Assembly: GCA_030704615.1 (NCBI GenBank)
Contig: CM060731.1
Coordinates: 31,992,001 to 32,056,000, forward strand
Source: Takakia lepidozioides
Lineage: Eukaryota; Plantae; Bryophyta
Length of the DNA: 64,000 bases
Direction of reading: 5' to 3'
Part shown: one piece after another, positions 23,959 through 36,463 of the stretch
Numbering within the stretch: position 1 is the first letter of the stretch
Layout: each line of letters starts with the position of its first letter
Program-made: the position numbers and the translations under genes
Notes under the pieces: generated by a model
Seen by the model: the letters and a program-made list of their open reading frames with translations, nothing else
Told to the model about the DNA's origin: nothing
Database searches by the model: none

Positions 23959-26442
23959 TTGGTAAGGGAATCAGTGATTCCAGAGGTGCAGCGGTTGTCT
24001 AGGGGAAACCCTGCTATGCATGTAATACCCACACCTGTGACGGAGGTACCAGGGGTAGAATATCAAGACACTGCAGCACCTGTGGCGGATGAGGTGGTTC
24101 AGGAAGAAAATCTGGTGGGGCAATGGCCTGAATGGTTGGTGAGACATCACACTGTTGAGGATCAGGGAGAACAGCAACGAGCTCCCCATGAAGACCCTCA
24201 GCAGGCCATGCTTATGAGTTCCATAAGCAGAACACTTAATTTGTTGGGCACTTATGTGAAATCCCATGTTCCATCTACCCAATTGGCAGCTTTGAGGGAG
24301 GAGCTCAGAAAAGAGTTTGAGGCTCGATTTGCCACTGAGTGTGCAAACAAGGTCGATGAGGAGGTCAATATCAAGTTACAGCAAGAGTTAGAGGATACAA
24401 AAGCTGCTTTGCAGTTGGCCAAGGAACATTTGATTGAAGCAGGCCTCGCGCAGGACCAGTTGCACGAAGTACATAAACAACAGTTATACCAAATGCAGGT
24501 GAAGCATGAGGGCCAGTTGCAAGAAGTGAATGCACTACATACAGAGTTGCAGGCAGTACATGAGAGGATGACCATACAATGTGCTACACTCACAACTACT
24601 CTTGAGCAAACTGCATTAGAAGTTAACAGACAAAGGGAGAGATGTATGAAGGCAAAGGCAGAGATAGTCGAGCAGGCGAAACTCATTGTCGATATGAAGA
24701 ATACAATCTGTCGCAATGAGAATACTTTCAAGCAATACAGACAGGTTGAAGCTGACCAAGAGAGGTACATCCTGGAGTTGCAACAAACGGTCATGGTAAA
24801 TAGAAATGAACTCTTTGTGGCTAACAAGGCTTGGAAGGAAGCCAATAATCTGGCTACTGCCTATGCGAGTTTGGTTGAACCTCATGCGAAGCGCATGGAG
24901 GCTTTACAGCAGCAGTTAGATGTGTACAGGCTCACAGAGGAGCAGACTCTCAGGGGTGCCACACACAACTTGATGGATAACCACCTTATGCAGGTCTGGT
25001 TAGCACAAGGGCCGGTGGAAGGCAAAACACCACGGAAGCTCACCCAGGGCGAGATGAATGAGCTCAGACTGCAGGTGCAGAACATTGCCACAATTACTAT
25101 AGACAATGTCTATAGTAGGATAGCGGAGCTACAGGAGGATGTAGAAGGCCTGCAGACTCAGGTGGATGACCTGAGTTCAAATATTGACAAAAGAGTCTTT
25201 GTACCTGAGGAGCAGCTGATGGCTACTTATTTACAAGCCAGAACTCTAATTTTTCAGTCTTCTTCGCAAGGGGTGCAGGAGATGCTAGTGGTAGAAGGGC
25301 CACTTCTACCAATACCACAACAAGTGACTGTGCAGGTAGCTGACCCTGTTGTTACTACAGCCACACCACAGCCTGAGGTATGGGGGGATGCTGCTTTTAA
25401 CCCACCTAAGACTCCTGCTGCACGGGAGTACAGTCGGGCTATGATTATGCCTTTCAACCAAATTCCCATTGTGTTGGATTTGGCTTGGAAGAAATTTAGT
25501 CCTCCGCAGTCGTTGGCACATTACTACCAGATCATGCGCATTTGGCTACCAGTGGCAACTAGGACTAAGGTTCTTCCGAACAATCGACCCATTGAGGATC
25601 ATCACTTTGCGAGGTACTGGTCTGAAGCAAGTACCATGTTGAAGGAATTAATTGCCTTCCAAGTTGTACATGGGTACATTTATACCAAGACCAAGGAGGT
25701 AGCAAGTATTGTCATGGGCTGTGGATTATACTATGCTGCTTGTTTTCTGGCACGTTATCACATTGAGCAACAGAGGATGCAATCGCGATTTTTGGGTTAT
25801 TCCAGTGGGGATCATTGGGTCTTACCTTCAGTGCCACATCATATGTACCTATATGAAGCAAAAGTTATGATGCAAAAGGATTCCCAACTTCGTTCATGGT
25901 TTCATTCGGCCTGGAACAATTTGACAACACAGAAATTCGGCCCTGACGATATTTTCTTTAAGGGACATGAGGCATGGAAATACTTGCACTATTCCCAAGT
26001 CATTGGCACACCACTCACCTTTACGGACAAGGAATTCAAGGTGTTCACCAATTTTGCCATTAAGCGCTTACAGCAAGTTGTACAGTTTAAACTTCCAGAC
26101 ATGGTGGGACCACATTGTATGCCCCACAGGATTCCAGTTAGAGTTCGACCGTTAAAACACCTCAGGGGGGACGAGGATTCTGATACTACTGTTTCTTCAG
26201 CGGACTCTTTTGACATGGCAGAAGACTATGCACTTCAGATGGCAGAAAAGAAACGACGGGGATCTCCTATGCCTGAGAGGTTACCTCGATATCAGCCAAA
26301 GGAGGGTCAGACATTTCCGGGTAGTGCTCAATCATCTCCGTCAACCAGTGACAAGACTCGGGCTCGCACACGGAGTCCTTCACGAGACTCTCACCGTCAG
26401 AAGGGTGTTCGATCACAAAGGTTTGCTAATCCTAAACAGTAA
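23959..26442 (+). CDS. Extra 3' ORF of LTR element B (long coiled-coil protein, unknown function); 5' part cut off by the MULE insertion
   Basis: 827 uninterrupted codons from the TSD (LVRESVIPEV...) to a stop just before the PPT. E/Q/L-rich heptad region. The listed ATG at 23935 lies inside the MULE end. Confidence 0.75.
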   Translation: MVRESVIPEVQRLSRGNPAMHVIPTPVTEVPGVEYQDTAAPVADEVVQEENLVGQWPEWLVRHHTVEDQGEQQRAPHEDPQQAMLMSSISRTLNLLGTYVKSHVPSTQLAALREELRKEFEARFATECANKVDEEVNIKLQQELEDTKAALQLAKEHLIEAGLAQDQLHEVHKQQLYQMQVKHEGQLQEVNALHTELQAVHERMTIQCATLTTTLEQTALEVNRQRERCMKAKAEIVEQAKLIVDMKNTICRNENTFKQYRQVEADQERYILELQQTVMVNRNELFVANKAWKEANNLATAYASLVEPHAKRMEALQQQLDVYRLTEEQTLRGATHNLMDNHLMQVWLAQGPVEGKTPRKLTQGEMNELRLQVQNIATITIDNVYSRIAELQEDVEGLQTQVDDLSSNIDKRVFVPEEQLMATYLQARTLIFQSSSQGVQEMLVVEGPLLPIPQQVTVQVADPVVTTATPQPEVWGDAAFNPPKTPAAREYSRAMIMPFNQIPIVLDLAWKKFSPPQSLAHYYQIMRIWLPVATRTKVLPNNRPIEDHHFARYWSEASTMLKELIAFQVVHGYIYTKTKEVASIVMGCGLYYAACFLARYHIEQQRMQSRFLGYSSGDHWVLPSVPHHMYLYEAKVMMQKDSQLRSWFHSAWNNLTTQKFGPDDIFFKGHEAWKYLHYSQVIGTPLTFTDKEFKVFTNFAIKRLQQVVQFKLPDMVGPHCMPHRIPVRVRPLKHLRGDEDSDTTVSSADSFDMAEDYALQMAEKKRRGSPMPERLPRYQPKEGQTFPGSAQSSPSTSDKTRARTRSPSRDSHRQKGVRSQRFANPKQ

Positions 26443-26463
26443 ACCGTGAGGACACGGCTTTCT

Positions 26464-26477
26464 GAGAGGGGGAGGGG
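26464..26477 (+). promoter_or_regulatory. Polypurine tract of element B
   Basis: GAGAGGGGGAGGGG, 4 nt before the LTR-initial TGT at 26482. Confidence 0.85.
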
Positions 26478-26481
26478 TAAA

Positions 26482-27664
26482 TGTTTCAGGGCTGCTTGGG
26501 ACTTTAATGCTTTTACGGGTTCTGTGGGGTACCCTTAATTTTTACACAGACTGAGACCAACATGAGCCTTAGGAGTGACAGCAGCAGGCTTTAGGGGGGG
26601 GGGGGGGGTTACACAGCCCGTCACAGCCAGTCACAGCCAACACAGCCCGACACAGCTAGTCACAGTCAGTCACAGCCAACACAACCCGCCATAGCTTCGC
26701 ACAGCCCGTCACAACCGGTCACAGCTGCCACAGCCGACACAGCCCGTCACAGCCAACACAGCCCGACATAGCTAGTCACAGTCAGTCACAGCCAACACAA
26801 CCCGCCATAGCTTCGCACAGCCCGTCACAACCAGTCACAGCCGCCACAGCCGACACAGCCCGTCACAGCCAACACAGCCCGACACAGCCAGTCACAGCCA
26901 CCACAGCCGACACAGCCCGTCACAGCCAACACAGCCCGATACAGCCCGACACAGCCGACACAGCCAGTCACAGCCCGACACAGCCTTACACAGCCAGTCA
27001 CAGCTCGGCACAACTTGACACAGCCTGTCACAGTACATGGGGAACAGTTATCATTGGCAGGGAACAACTGTGAGGGAACGACATCTGCAGAAGGAACGTG
27101 TTACTTCAGGGATGACGGTTAATTAGTTAGGTGGTTAGAACAGCTTGCGGGCAGATAAGGGGAGTGGCAACGGAAAGATGGGACACACTTCACGGGGAGC
27201 TTCTTGGTCATGTAGGAGAGGAGATCAGGCGGAGAGTAAGAATGAGAGCAGAAAGAAGGAGAAAAGATGAACAGTAGATGCTTATTTCATGCAGAGCTGT
27301 AGTGATACTGTAGGGCGAATTAGAGTCACCTTGACATTGGCCTAGTACCTGATAAATCATAAACTGATACTTATTCGATACAAGCACACTGTGTAGAGAG
27401 ACATGAGTGAAGCTGTGAAATGAATGCATGATTAACTGGAACTAAGAAGATACTGAAGCAATCTGATGCTTTAGTATCAGATAAGATAAATTGATAACAT
27501 GAAGGCAAGAAGGAATACAAATGGGAAGCACAACCATGATTCACTAGCTGCAGGTCATGACTGATTGTACTGAGCGGGTTGAGTGCTTAGAGATATCCAA
27601 CTCTTCTATCTTGGAGTTTCCACCTCGGATAGCGAAGGGATGGGTGAGTAAAAGCCGTTCGACA
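26482..27664 (+). repeat. 3' LTR of element B (~1.18 kb) with an expanded CACAGCC tract
   Basis: TGTTTC...GTTCGACA. The terminal ~150 bp is nearly identical to the reverse complement of 32773 onward. Degenerate ~10-bp CACAGCC repeats at ~26610-27035. Confidence 0.9.
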
Positions 27665-30600
27665 CATATGCACCCCAGTCTGTGATAAAAGCTGTCTTTC
27701 CTTGAGCTTCTTCCGCCACTTGCACTTGGTTATACCCACTGAAGCCATCCATGAATGAGTACATCTCATGGCCTGCCACAATGTCCAGTACAACTTCTGT
27801 GAATGGTAAAGGAAAATGATCTTTCTTTGTACAAGCATTCAGCTTCTTATAGTTCACACAAACTCTCAGTTTACCATTCTTCTTAGGAATTATCACAATG
27901 GGTGACAACCAAGTTATATACTCTATCAGGTATATAAACTTAGCCTCAGCCAACTTCTTGATCTCTTCCCCAACCTTCTGTGCATAGTTGGGATTCATCC
28001 TGTACCTTGCATGTTTAATTGGTACTGACCCTGGTTCCAGTTCAATCTTATGCTGGCAAATCTCAGGTGGTATCCCTTTCAAATCCTCATAGCTCCAAGC
28101 AAATACATCTTTGTATTTGATAAACAGGCTCTTAGCTTCCTCAAAGAATTATGGCTTCAAGTCAGCCCCTACTTTCACCATTCTTGGTTCCTCCTCAGTT
28201 CCCACATTCACGTCCCTCACTGCTCTTCAGCTGTGATTGTCCATCCAACCACTACTTCATCTTTTAAACTCAGAGTGGCTGGTTCTTCTAGGATTTCCAT
28301 CTCTCCCTCTCTTTTCTCATAGAAATGTGGTGGGTAACTACTTGTTTCCCCCTCAATTGGTGTTGCTGTTACTGCACCACAGCAGATACCTTTAAAACAA
28401 CTCAGGCCTCCCAGTTGCATTTCTGCAACCTGCTCCCACTTTGGGTGTGCAGCAAACATGGTAGCTTCCTGCTCCTCATCAAGTCTTCCCCTCCAGTCAT
28501 ACTCTCTGACTCCACGAGGTCTTCTGGTAGCAGGTAGCCGACTAGATTTCTTAGTGGTGACCTATATCTTGTACTTCCCTACAGTCGGTAACTGGGAATT
28601 CCAGTCATGGAATACCCTGGCCTGTTTCAACCATGGTCGCCCCAGTAATAAGGAGTAAGCTTCCATAACATCATCCATTTTCAACACAGTCTGTCGCGCA
28701 CCTAACTTCGGTAAGCTCCCCTTCAAGTCATAGTTACTCGCTCTGATGCGCGCGCCTAACTCCCTAACTGGCCGCCGGGCCAACTCGGAGCTACGGCTAC
28801 TCACCGGGACACAACGGTCCCCCTTTACTCCTCCAAAAGACCCTCTCCCAATTTGGGCCTAGTGGAAATTCCCTTTGGTCGATGGCAGTCCGGAATAGCT
28901 CCCCACACCTTGGTCGCTTTCCGGCTCACATGCTTATTCACTAGTTTTTGGTCACCAACGGGCTTGCACCATTCTCGGGGTTACTACTTCCTATATATAC
29001 TTCTGTGACTGTCCGCGGGGGTTTCACAAACAACCATGCCATTTTATGGCGAACCACCACGAAAACCCTCGATTCCCGGTGATGAGTTGCGGTGAGTCTT
29101 GGCCCACCCACCACGGTCCCATTGGACCGTGATGAGTCCCAAGACTCCCCACTACTCCCACCACAAGGTCTCCGCCCCCATGGTGAGTCCTATGTTACCC
29201 CCACTAAGTCCCACTAAGCTACCACCGCCCCTCGTGGAACCACCCCCACCGCAATCCGGTGTGCGGGGCTCCACCTAGTGAGTGCCTCCGCCTCCTTGAG
29301 TGCCTTGCGCACTCAAGGGTGCTTCAGCCCCCACAACTAATGTTGCCACTGCCCCCACCACAGGGGCAGCCCCTCACGTGTCCCGACCCCCTGCCCTCAA
29401 GGCAAAGGGCCGCGACACAGTCGCTGTGATATTAAAAATCATCTTTTGGATCTGTATCTTTACTCCTCTTATCAAGCCTAAAGGTTGTTCACTCCTTTGA
29501 TCTGCCATTGTTATTGTAAATGGAGCTGGTTTCATGTTACTCAAACCAAGTTTCTGCCTTAATTGGTCTGTCATGATATTCACTCCTGAGCCTCCATCTA
29601 TCAGCACATCAGTCAAGTCTGTGCTTCCAATTCTCAATTGGATTACTAGCATAGAATCATCAAAGTCCATGACTGTTTCTTGCCCTTCAGGCTTCACATT
29701 ATAACTTGTCACCTTGCTGTTCAGGTCTGTGTTCTCTGTCACATGAGCAATCTGATTAATTGCTTGATACAACCAGTGCCTACAATGAGGTGCCACAGCC
29801 AATAACTGTCCAATGGTAATCTCAGCTTTGGTCTGGCATATTACTTCAGCCAGAGTCCCTTCATTACTCTGCACTTGTGCAGCTTCTTTCTTCACTTCAT
29901 TTTCACCCTCTCCATCTTCTCTATCAGAGTCAGAAAAATCTGCCATAGGGATATCAGTATTCTTCTGCATTTTCCTTATGGTGTCAGCCACTTCCCTGTG
30001 TAGTTCCTTCTCATCTCTCCAAGCCTCATCATCTTTAGGCACATCACTGCCATCCTTATTATCATCTTCTTCCTCATCCACTGGAGGTATTAGTTTAGCT
30101 TTGCTTCTAGTCACTATCATTGTACTCACTTCTGGTACAAAACATGGCCTAACCATGTGAGCTGCCACCACTGGGCCCTCATTCACAGGAGCTCTCATCT
30201 CATTCTGGTGTCTGATCCAGAATGGACAAGCTACCTTGCGATGTCATGCTTGGTTACAATAATAACACAGTTCTTCACCATTGGGTCCTCGCCCTTGGTC
30301 TGCTCTGGAATTATTTCTATAATCCTGATTCCCTGGCTGGTAATTCCCTCTTGGATTACCCTGATAGTTGCCTTTGGGATTTTCTTGGTAATTCCCTCTG
30401 GGATTACTTCTCTTTGCCATACCATTGTTATAACCACTAGGCCTTCCATAGTGGTCCTGATCATTGTTTCTTCTTGGCTGGGGCTGCACTTGATGCACCC
30501 TCACTTGCCTAGGTTCTCTTGCAGCTGTCCTTCTGTTGTAGTAACAATTCTCAGTAGAATGGTTATCCATTTTACAGATAGTATAGTGTTGCTCCTTCAT

Positions 30601-33165
30601 GTGGCATTCAGCTGTGGTATGGGCTTCATTCTGACATTTTGCACACCAAACACCCTTCCTCCAATGTGTTACAGCCTCTGTGGCATACTTCTTCAAGATT
30701 TCTTCCAATCTTTTCTCATAGTTATCCCACTTCAACTTTTCCTTCTTCTTACTTTTTCTCTTGAGCTCTCGCTCTTCTTCTTCATCTGACTCATCTTCAA
30801 AGTCCTCATCATCCCTTTTCCTCTCCTGAGCATTCTCAATTGCTCAATTCTGTTGGCTATTTTAAATGCCTCCTCCACTGTATTATGGGGTAGCATATCC
30901 ACTTTCTTTTGTAATTCAGGTCTTAATCCACTCACAAACCACGTCTTCTGTAACCCAGTGCTGGCACAACAACCAACTTTTTCATCATCAACTCCATCTT
31001 TTCCATGTACTCTTCAACAGTTTCATGCTTCTTTTGCTTCAACTGTTGTAAACTCCCATACACTTTATCCTCAGTTTTGCTTGTCCTGAACCTATTTCGG
31101 AACGCTGTACTAAGGCCATTCCACGTTAGGAAATGATCATCAAGGAATCTTGCATACTATTCACTTGCTTTCTTGATAAGTGAACAAGGAAACAGTCTCA
31201 TCTTGGCATCATCGCCATTCTCATTGTTCACAATACACATGTGCTCAAATTGGCTGATGTGTACATCGGGATCCCCTTTTCCTGCATATGTTGGAAAATG
31301 TGGTTTTGCTCGTGTTGGAGGTACCGCCATCTGTGGCCCTACACCCTGCCCTCTGATAGGTGCTGGTCCTCCTGTTGGTGCTGGTCCTTGAGGACCTATT
31401 GTTGTAGTGGTGGAACTTCCACCAGGTGCTGGCCCCTGAGCACTCCCTACTACTGGGCCCTCTGCACTTACAGTAACCCCAACTACAGTTGCACTACTTC
31501 CCACACTCCCTGTCCCCCTAGAGTCAGATCCAAGCTGCCCGCCTGATCCCCCTGAGCCGACACCTTCGTTGGCCTGTGATCCAAGTGCTCCACTTAATCT
31601 AGGTCCAACAGGTTGGGATGTCCTGGTTGTAGTCTCAACCTCAACTGTTGGGTCTACTTCTTCATACCCTTCATCTTCCAAATTCTTCTCTCTGTTCTCA
31701 TATTCCAAGTTCTTCTCTTGGATTTCTTCTTCTTCACTCATGTAACTCAATTGCAATGGTGTTGGAGAGTCTGAATTCTCCGTTGGCTCTGCCACATCTT
31801 CCTCTCCTTCTTTATCTTGTGATTCAGAAACTGGAGTTCCTGCCTTTGGTGTCCCATGCCAACTCTTATCAAAGATTTCCGTCAAATCTTTTATCCAGGG
31901 ATGTACCTCAGATCTCTCCCCTCGTGGTTGATCTTCTTCCTGTACCAAATCCCTTAATATTTCTTGTAAAAAATAAGAAGGAGTGGCATCCAACTCTGGT
32001 TCTTCCGGTATGGGTGATGTACTCTTTGATCTTAATGGTGTGAGAGGTCCAGATGATTCCCCTATGTCTATTCCCCTCTCCCAAAGATATGGATAATTAG
32101 CTTTCAAATAACTTTCTCTCTTTGCTGAATATCTGTGGAGTGTAGTTTCTCTTTCATCACTCATGTCCCATGTCTTTCATATCTTTAATGAGGCAATAAC
32201 CAAAACTCTCTTCTGTAGTATCTCTCGTATATGCCCGGGTTTCTTTCCAGCTTCAATGCACCCTTGGCTATACTAGAAGTCTCTGTTACCATATAACCAT
32301 ATGACAAACACGTTTGGAAAGCTGTTCCTGGTGTAAGTTTGATCCACATGATATCCTTAGGAATCCATTTCTTTACCAGTACCAATTCTTCATGCATATG
32401 AGTGTAAACATTCACTTTCCGTTCCTCCCAGCCTTCAAACTCCACTCATTTAATGGATAGCAACGCTATCATATAAACCAGTGTTGGTAACCAACTCGCT
32501 CTCCCTCTACAGGCCACTTGATAAACCTTTATCACTCCTTTCTCCAGACCCCACTCAGGATCAGTATCATGCACTCTCTTAAGAATGTTTTCTTTACAAC
32601 CGTCTGGCAATTCCAAGAATCTCTGAAAGAATTGCTTGGACAATCTTTCTTTCTCAGTTCCACAAGGAATTTGATTCATATCAAATTCTTTAATTCTCCA
32701 TCCACCATGATCCTACCAGATGCCTGTCACATCTGGTTGTTCTTGACCCAGTTCCCCAGTATGGTCGCCAAATGTCGAGCGGCTTTTACTCACCCATCCT
32801 TTCGCTATCCGAGGTGGAAACTCCAAGATAGAAGAGTTGGATATCTCTAAGCACCCAGCCCACTTAGAACAATCAGTCATGACCTATAGCTAGTGTATCA
32901 TGGTTGTGCTTCCTGTTTGTATTTCTTCTTATCTTCAATTTACCTCATTGTGTATAGATTACTTCAGTATCTATCAGGTTCCATTCACGCATCCATTCAT
33001 TCCACAACTTCACTCAAGTCTCTCTACACAGTGTGATTGTATCGAATAAGTATCAGATTAAGACTTATCATATATCAGGCCGAAGCCATGGTGTCCCTAG
33101 CCTGCTCTACGGTATACACTACAGCTTTGCATGTATCAAGTATCTACTGATCAACTCTCCTCCTT
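27665..33165 (-). mobile_element. Ty3/gypsy LTR retrotransposon C (same family): truncated 5' LTR, PBS, gag, protease and N-terminal RT; host of element B
   Basis: LTR end at 32773 and PBS at 32753-32770. Gag (KPHFPTYAGKGDPDVHISQF; CAKC..H..C), protease (VLIDGGSGVNIM) and RT (KLRVCVNYKKLN, YSFMDGFSGYNQV, KTAFITDWGAY). The RT is cut exactly at the end of LTR B. Confidence 0.92.
28692..29417 (-). mobile_element. Solo LTR of an unrelated family (726 bp) inserted in the protease region of element C
   Basis: Terminal inverted repeat TGTCGCG...CGCGACA, with 5-bp TSD CAGTC at 28687-28691 and 29418-29422. Removing it rejoins FNITATV/LKMDDVMEAYSLLLGRPWL. Orientation is inferred from a TATA-like motif near 28995. 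Confidence 0.9.
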
Positions 33166-33929
33166 CACCGTGAAGCTGGCTAATAGGAGTGGAGCATTAT
33201 TTTGTTAAATGTCCCTTTGCTTTTGCTCTCTGGCAGCTTGCAGCCGCCCTTCTACTCTGGCTGGCATACTCAAATTAATTTCTCTTCTTGCTCCTGAACA
33301 ACGATCAAGGTTCCAAATGCTGCAATTTCCCAGTCTACGATTCAATGATCAGGAGTCTTTTTCTAAATTGGCATATTTGGAAAGTCAGATGTGCTCTGAT
33401 TTTCTGTAATGAAGCCCCAAGGATCCCTACTTGGTTCACTCAGAAAGTGCGGGGTCCACCTTAGATTGGGTAGGTTTTGTCATATGTGTGGAGGGGACGA
33501 GCATCAATAGGCCACTCCAGCATCAATAGGCCACTGCAGCAGCCAGCCCCACCACGTTGTAGCCCAGTGGTAATGCCCACATACCACCACAAAAGCGGTT
33601 GTGGGCTCAATCCACGGAGTGGTGTCACAAAGTTGTGCCCTTTGGGACCATAATTTACACCTCCCAAAGGAGACGTCATATATTATTATTAATCCCACAC
33701 ATCCATGCTATAGTGATCTACCTTGAGGCATATTACTATTCTTGGCATGTTTAAAGAATTGACATTGAAAAATAAAAAATGGAACTCAAACTTCTATTTT
33801 AATTTTTATTCATGGTATATTTTGAAGGAATGTCTCTTAAAATAAAATTCATTATTAGGATTTAAAGTTTTTTCCAGAAAAAAATAAATTTATCCCTAAT
33901 TATTCTTATTTTTCTAATTTATTTAATCA

Positions 33930-34135
33930 ATAAATTAGGACCCGGATCCGAACCCGTGAAATCGCTAATATTTCCCAACAACTACCCGGACCCTAACCCG
34001 AGTCCGTGTTGACAAACCCAGACCCGGATTTTCCAAATTTCAAAAACCCGGATCCGGACCCGGACTTGGCTCCGAAAACAAACCTGCACCCAGACCCGGC
34101 GGGTTCCTTAAAAAGGCAGAACCCGCACAACACTG
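33930..34135. mobile_element. Probable end of a hAT-like DNA transposon remnant with ACCCG/GACCCGGA subterminal repeats
   Basis: About 10 ACCCG motifs ending in ...CACAACACTG (reverse complement CAGTGTT). AT-rich interior. The other end was not found. Confidence 0.45.
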
Positions 34136-36463
34136 GTTCACACTGGTTCACTCGCCCAATACCCATTCAAAATCTCATATTATCGCCAGCCATTTCCACT
34201 ACGCATTTTGTACAAGCGCCAGACATGCTCCTCTAAGGTTCTAATGGATGCCACGTGTGCTACAATGTAAATACCTTAAAAGAAACGCTGCCCCACTGAG
34301 AGAAAATGGAACAGATGAGAATTTTTCAGAATATAAAGTTTTTGGATAATGCTGAGACTTGATGTCGCTTTGATTACAAATCTGACTGCAGCTGCATGTC
34401 AAACCTTGCCAGCCTTGTCTGATTGTTGGCTGCAGACCCTGCCATCATCCCCTTCCCTTGTCCTCTCTCTTGATTCCTGAATCCTCATCCACCCTCTCTT
34501 TCACTCTATTGGCTCTTTCCGTCTGGGAAGGAATCCGTTTCTAGTTTTTGCTTCGCCCACAAATTTTACTTCCACACATAAGGGAATGACTTCACAAAAT
34601 TTGGAATCGCTCAGGCACCCTAGTAATAACCTTCACCACTCCCAAGGAAAGCTCCAACTTGTTATGACCTGCTACAAATTCGCCCCTGCAAACTGAAGCA
34701 AAGACAGGAAATCATACAGAAGAAAACAGACGGAATCGAGAAGCGATGAAAATTAGAGTAGAAGCTCAAAAGAGAAGGAAACTGCCGTGAAGCAGCTGAG
34801 AATGAAACCCCCGTACAAGGAGAAAGAGCTCAAGAGGAAGAGGAAAAGAAGGCTCGAATGCCGAGGTCGTTATTGGGTAGGCTGTGCATGATGAGAATGT
34901 TGGAATGTGTGAAAAAGCTCATGCTGCCTTTATTCTTGATTCCTCCAAGCCCACCACATGTTCAATGTTGAGTCAGCGACTGCAACCCCTTTCTCCCTTT
35001 TGATTCATCTAGGTATCCTTCGGGATTCTCATACTTATGAACAGAAGAGACGGGAGGGCAAACAAGTAAGTAGCTTTCTTTTTGTTTCTTTTTTGTTCTT
35101 TTTTTCAGCTTTCTTCTGTCATGCATATTTTTTCCCATCACTTTTTTTTTCTTTTTTTTTGAAAAAAAAGAAAAGGGGAGGACGCTTTTTTTCTTTTTCT
35201 TGAAAAGGGAGAAAAAAAAAGGTGGGAAACATCCATCATGGCTTCCGAAGGTGTTAGCAGTATGAGATGAAGGGCAATAAAAGGTAGCAACAATAAAGCC
35301 CAACTTCCGCGGGGTAGGTGCCCACTACAATAACTACCCCATCCTCTATTATGCACCAGGGGTCCACTCCAATACAACTCTGCCACATCATCCAACACTT
35401 CCTAAGTACACTCCCCGTAAGATCTGCCAGCTGGATGTATATAAATGTATGAGCATAGTGTATATCGCACGGCTACTAACTTGCTAGTCTAGCTGTCATC
35501 CCGAGAGCACGACACGGACCCGCTATCCCGAGTCGTACGACATGGATGGATGAACTAGAGGATGGATGGGAAATGAGACACGCGGCCCGGGGTGGGAAGG
35601 TGCGGGGAGGCAGGCGGCGTGCCGCGTTGGCGGCAGGGCAGGTAGGTGAGATGGCGGGAGCGCGGTTGGACCACCTGGGGGGGGTCACCGACTGAGCCAG
35701 ATTGCTTCATGGCTGTCGTGATGCGCGCACACACAGATCGCGCGCTGAATTTGTGCTGCGTTGTGGTGCGCGGCTGATCTGACACACGGCAAAGGAGGTT
35801 TGACGAGTTGTGTGGCAGGATGCAGTCGCCATCCATCTCGGCCTTTATCTCAGTTTTCTGACGTAGTTTTAGTTTGTTCTAGTGTGATTGGATCCGAGCT
35901 GCGGAAACTCGGATGCCTGCAAGGAAATACGGGCTCGCCGTTGTGTGAGCGCCTATTTGGAAGTGCCGGATCAAGATTGTGGGGGAAGGTTTTGTAGGTT
36001 TGTCATAAGGCGTTTTTGATGGTGGAATGAGCGGAGATGGAATGCGTAGAATTTTGTTCAGGTGGTGTTGGAGCTGAGCTTTAGCCTTGTTCTGGCTGCC
36101 TTAGTGGTTTGTGTTAGAGCCTTCCACCGGTACGGTCAAGGAATCCTGCTGCTATCGTCGTAGTGTCTCGGCATTCCTGCCTATTTCTCCCCCTACCTAT
36201 TATATAAGAACGTCGGATTGCTTGCTGGTTGTCGATAGGAAGTAGTTCTTTGACAATGCGTATCTGAAGTGCGTAATAAGATAATTATTTTTACTCGATA
36301 GACACAGCCGGGGCTGCATTCTATCGATCGGGCCGAGTGTTGCAGCTGTATCCTCCTGTTGAAGGCACTCACTTGCACTTATTGCAAATCGAGATTGAGG
36401 AGGAGCCGGCAGGTTGTCCGTACTTTTCATCTTCAGGATAGCCAACAGCCAAAGAAAACCAGG

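Larger units (their letters stand above)
5515..27664 (+). mobile_element. Ty3/gypsy LTR retrotransposon B (same LTR family), 3' half: RNase H, integrase, extra 3' ORF, PPT and 3' LTR; interrupted by element A and by the MULE
   Basis: RNase H (YYASRLMNSAERNYSTTE..LAMIYAVK) begins right after LTR A. Integrase fragments (GGHFG, CDECQR, GLDFVGPL, SDQGSHF, GNGQAEATNK) lie at ~6050-6800. PPT at 26464-26477 and 3' LTR at 26482-27664. Confidence 0.88.
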
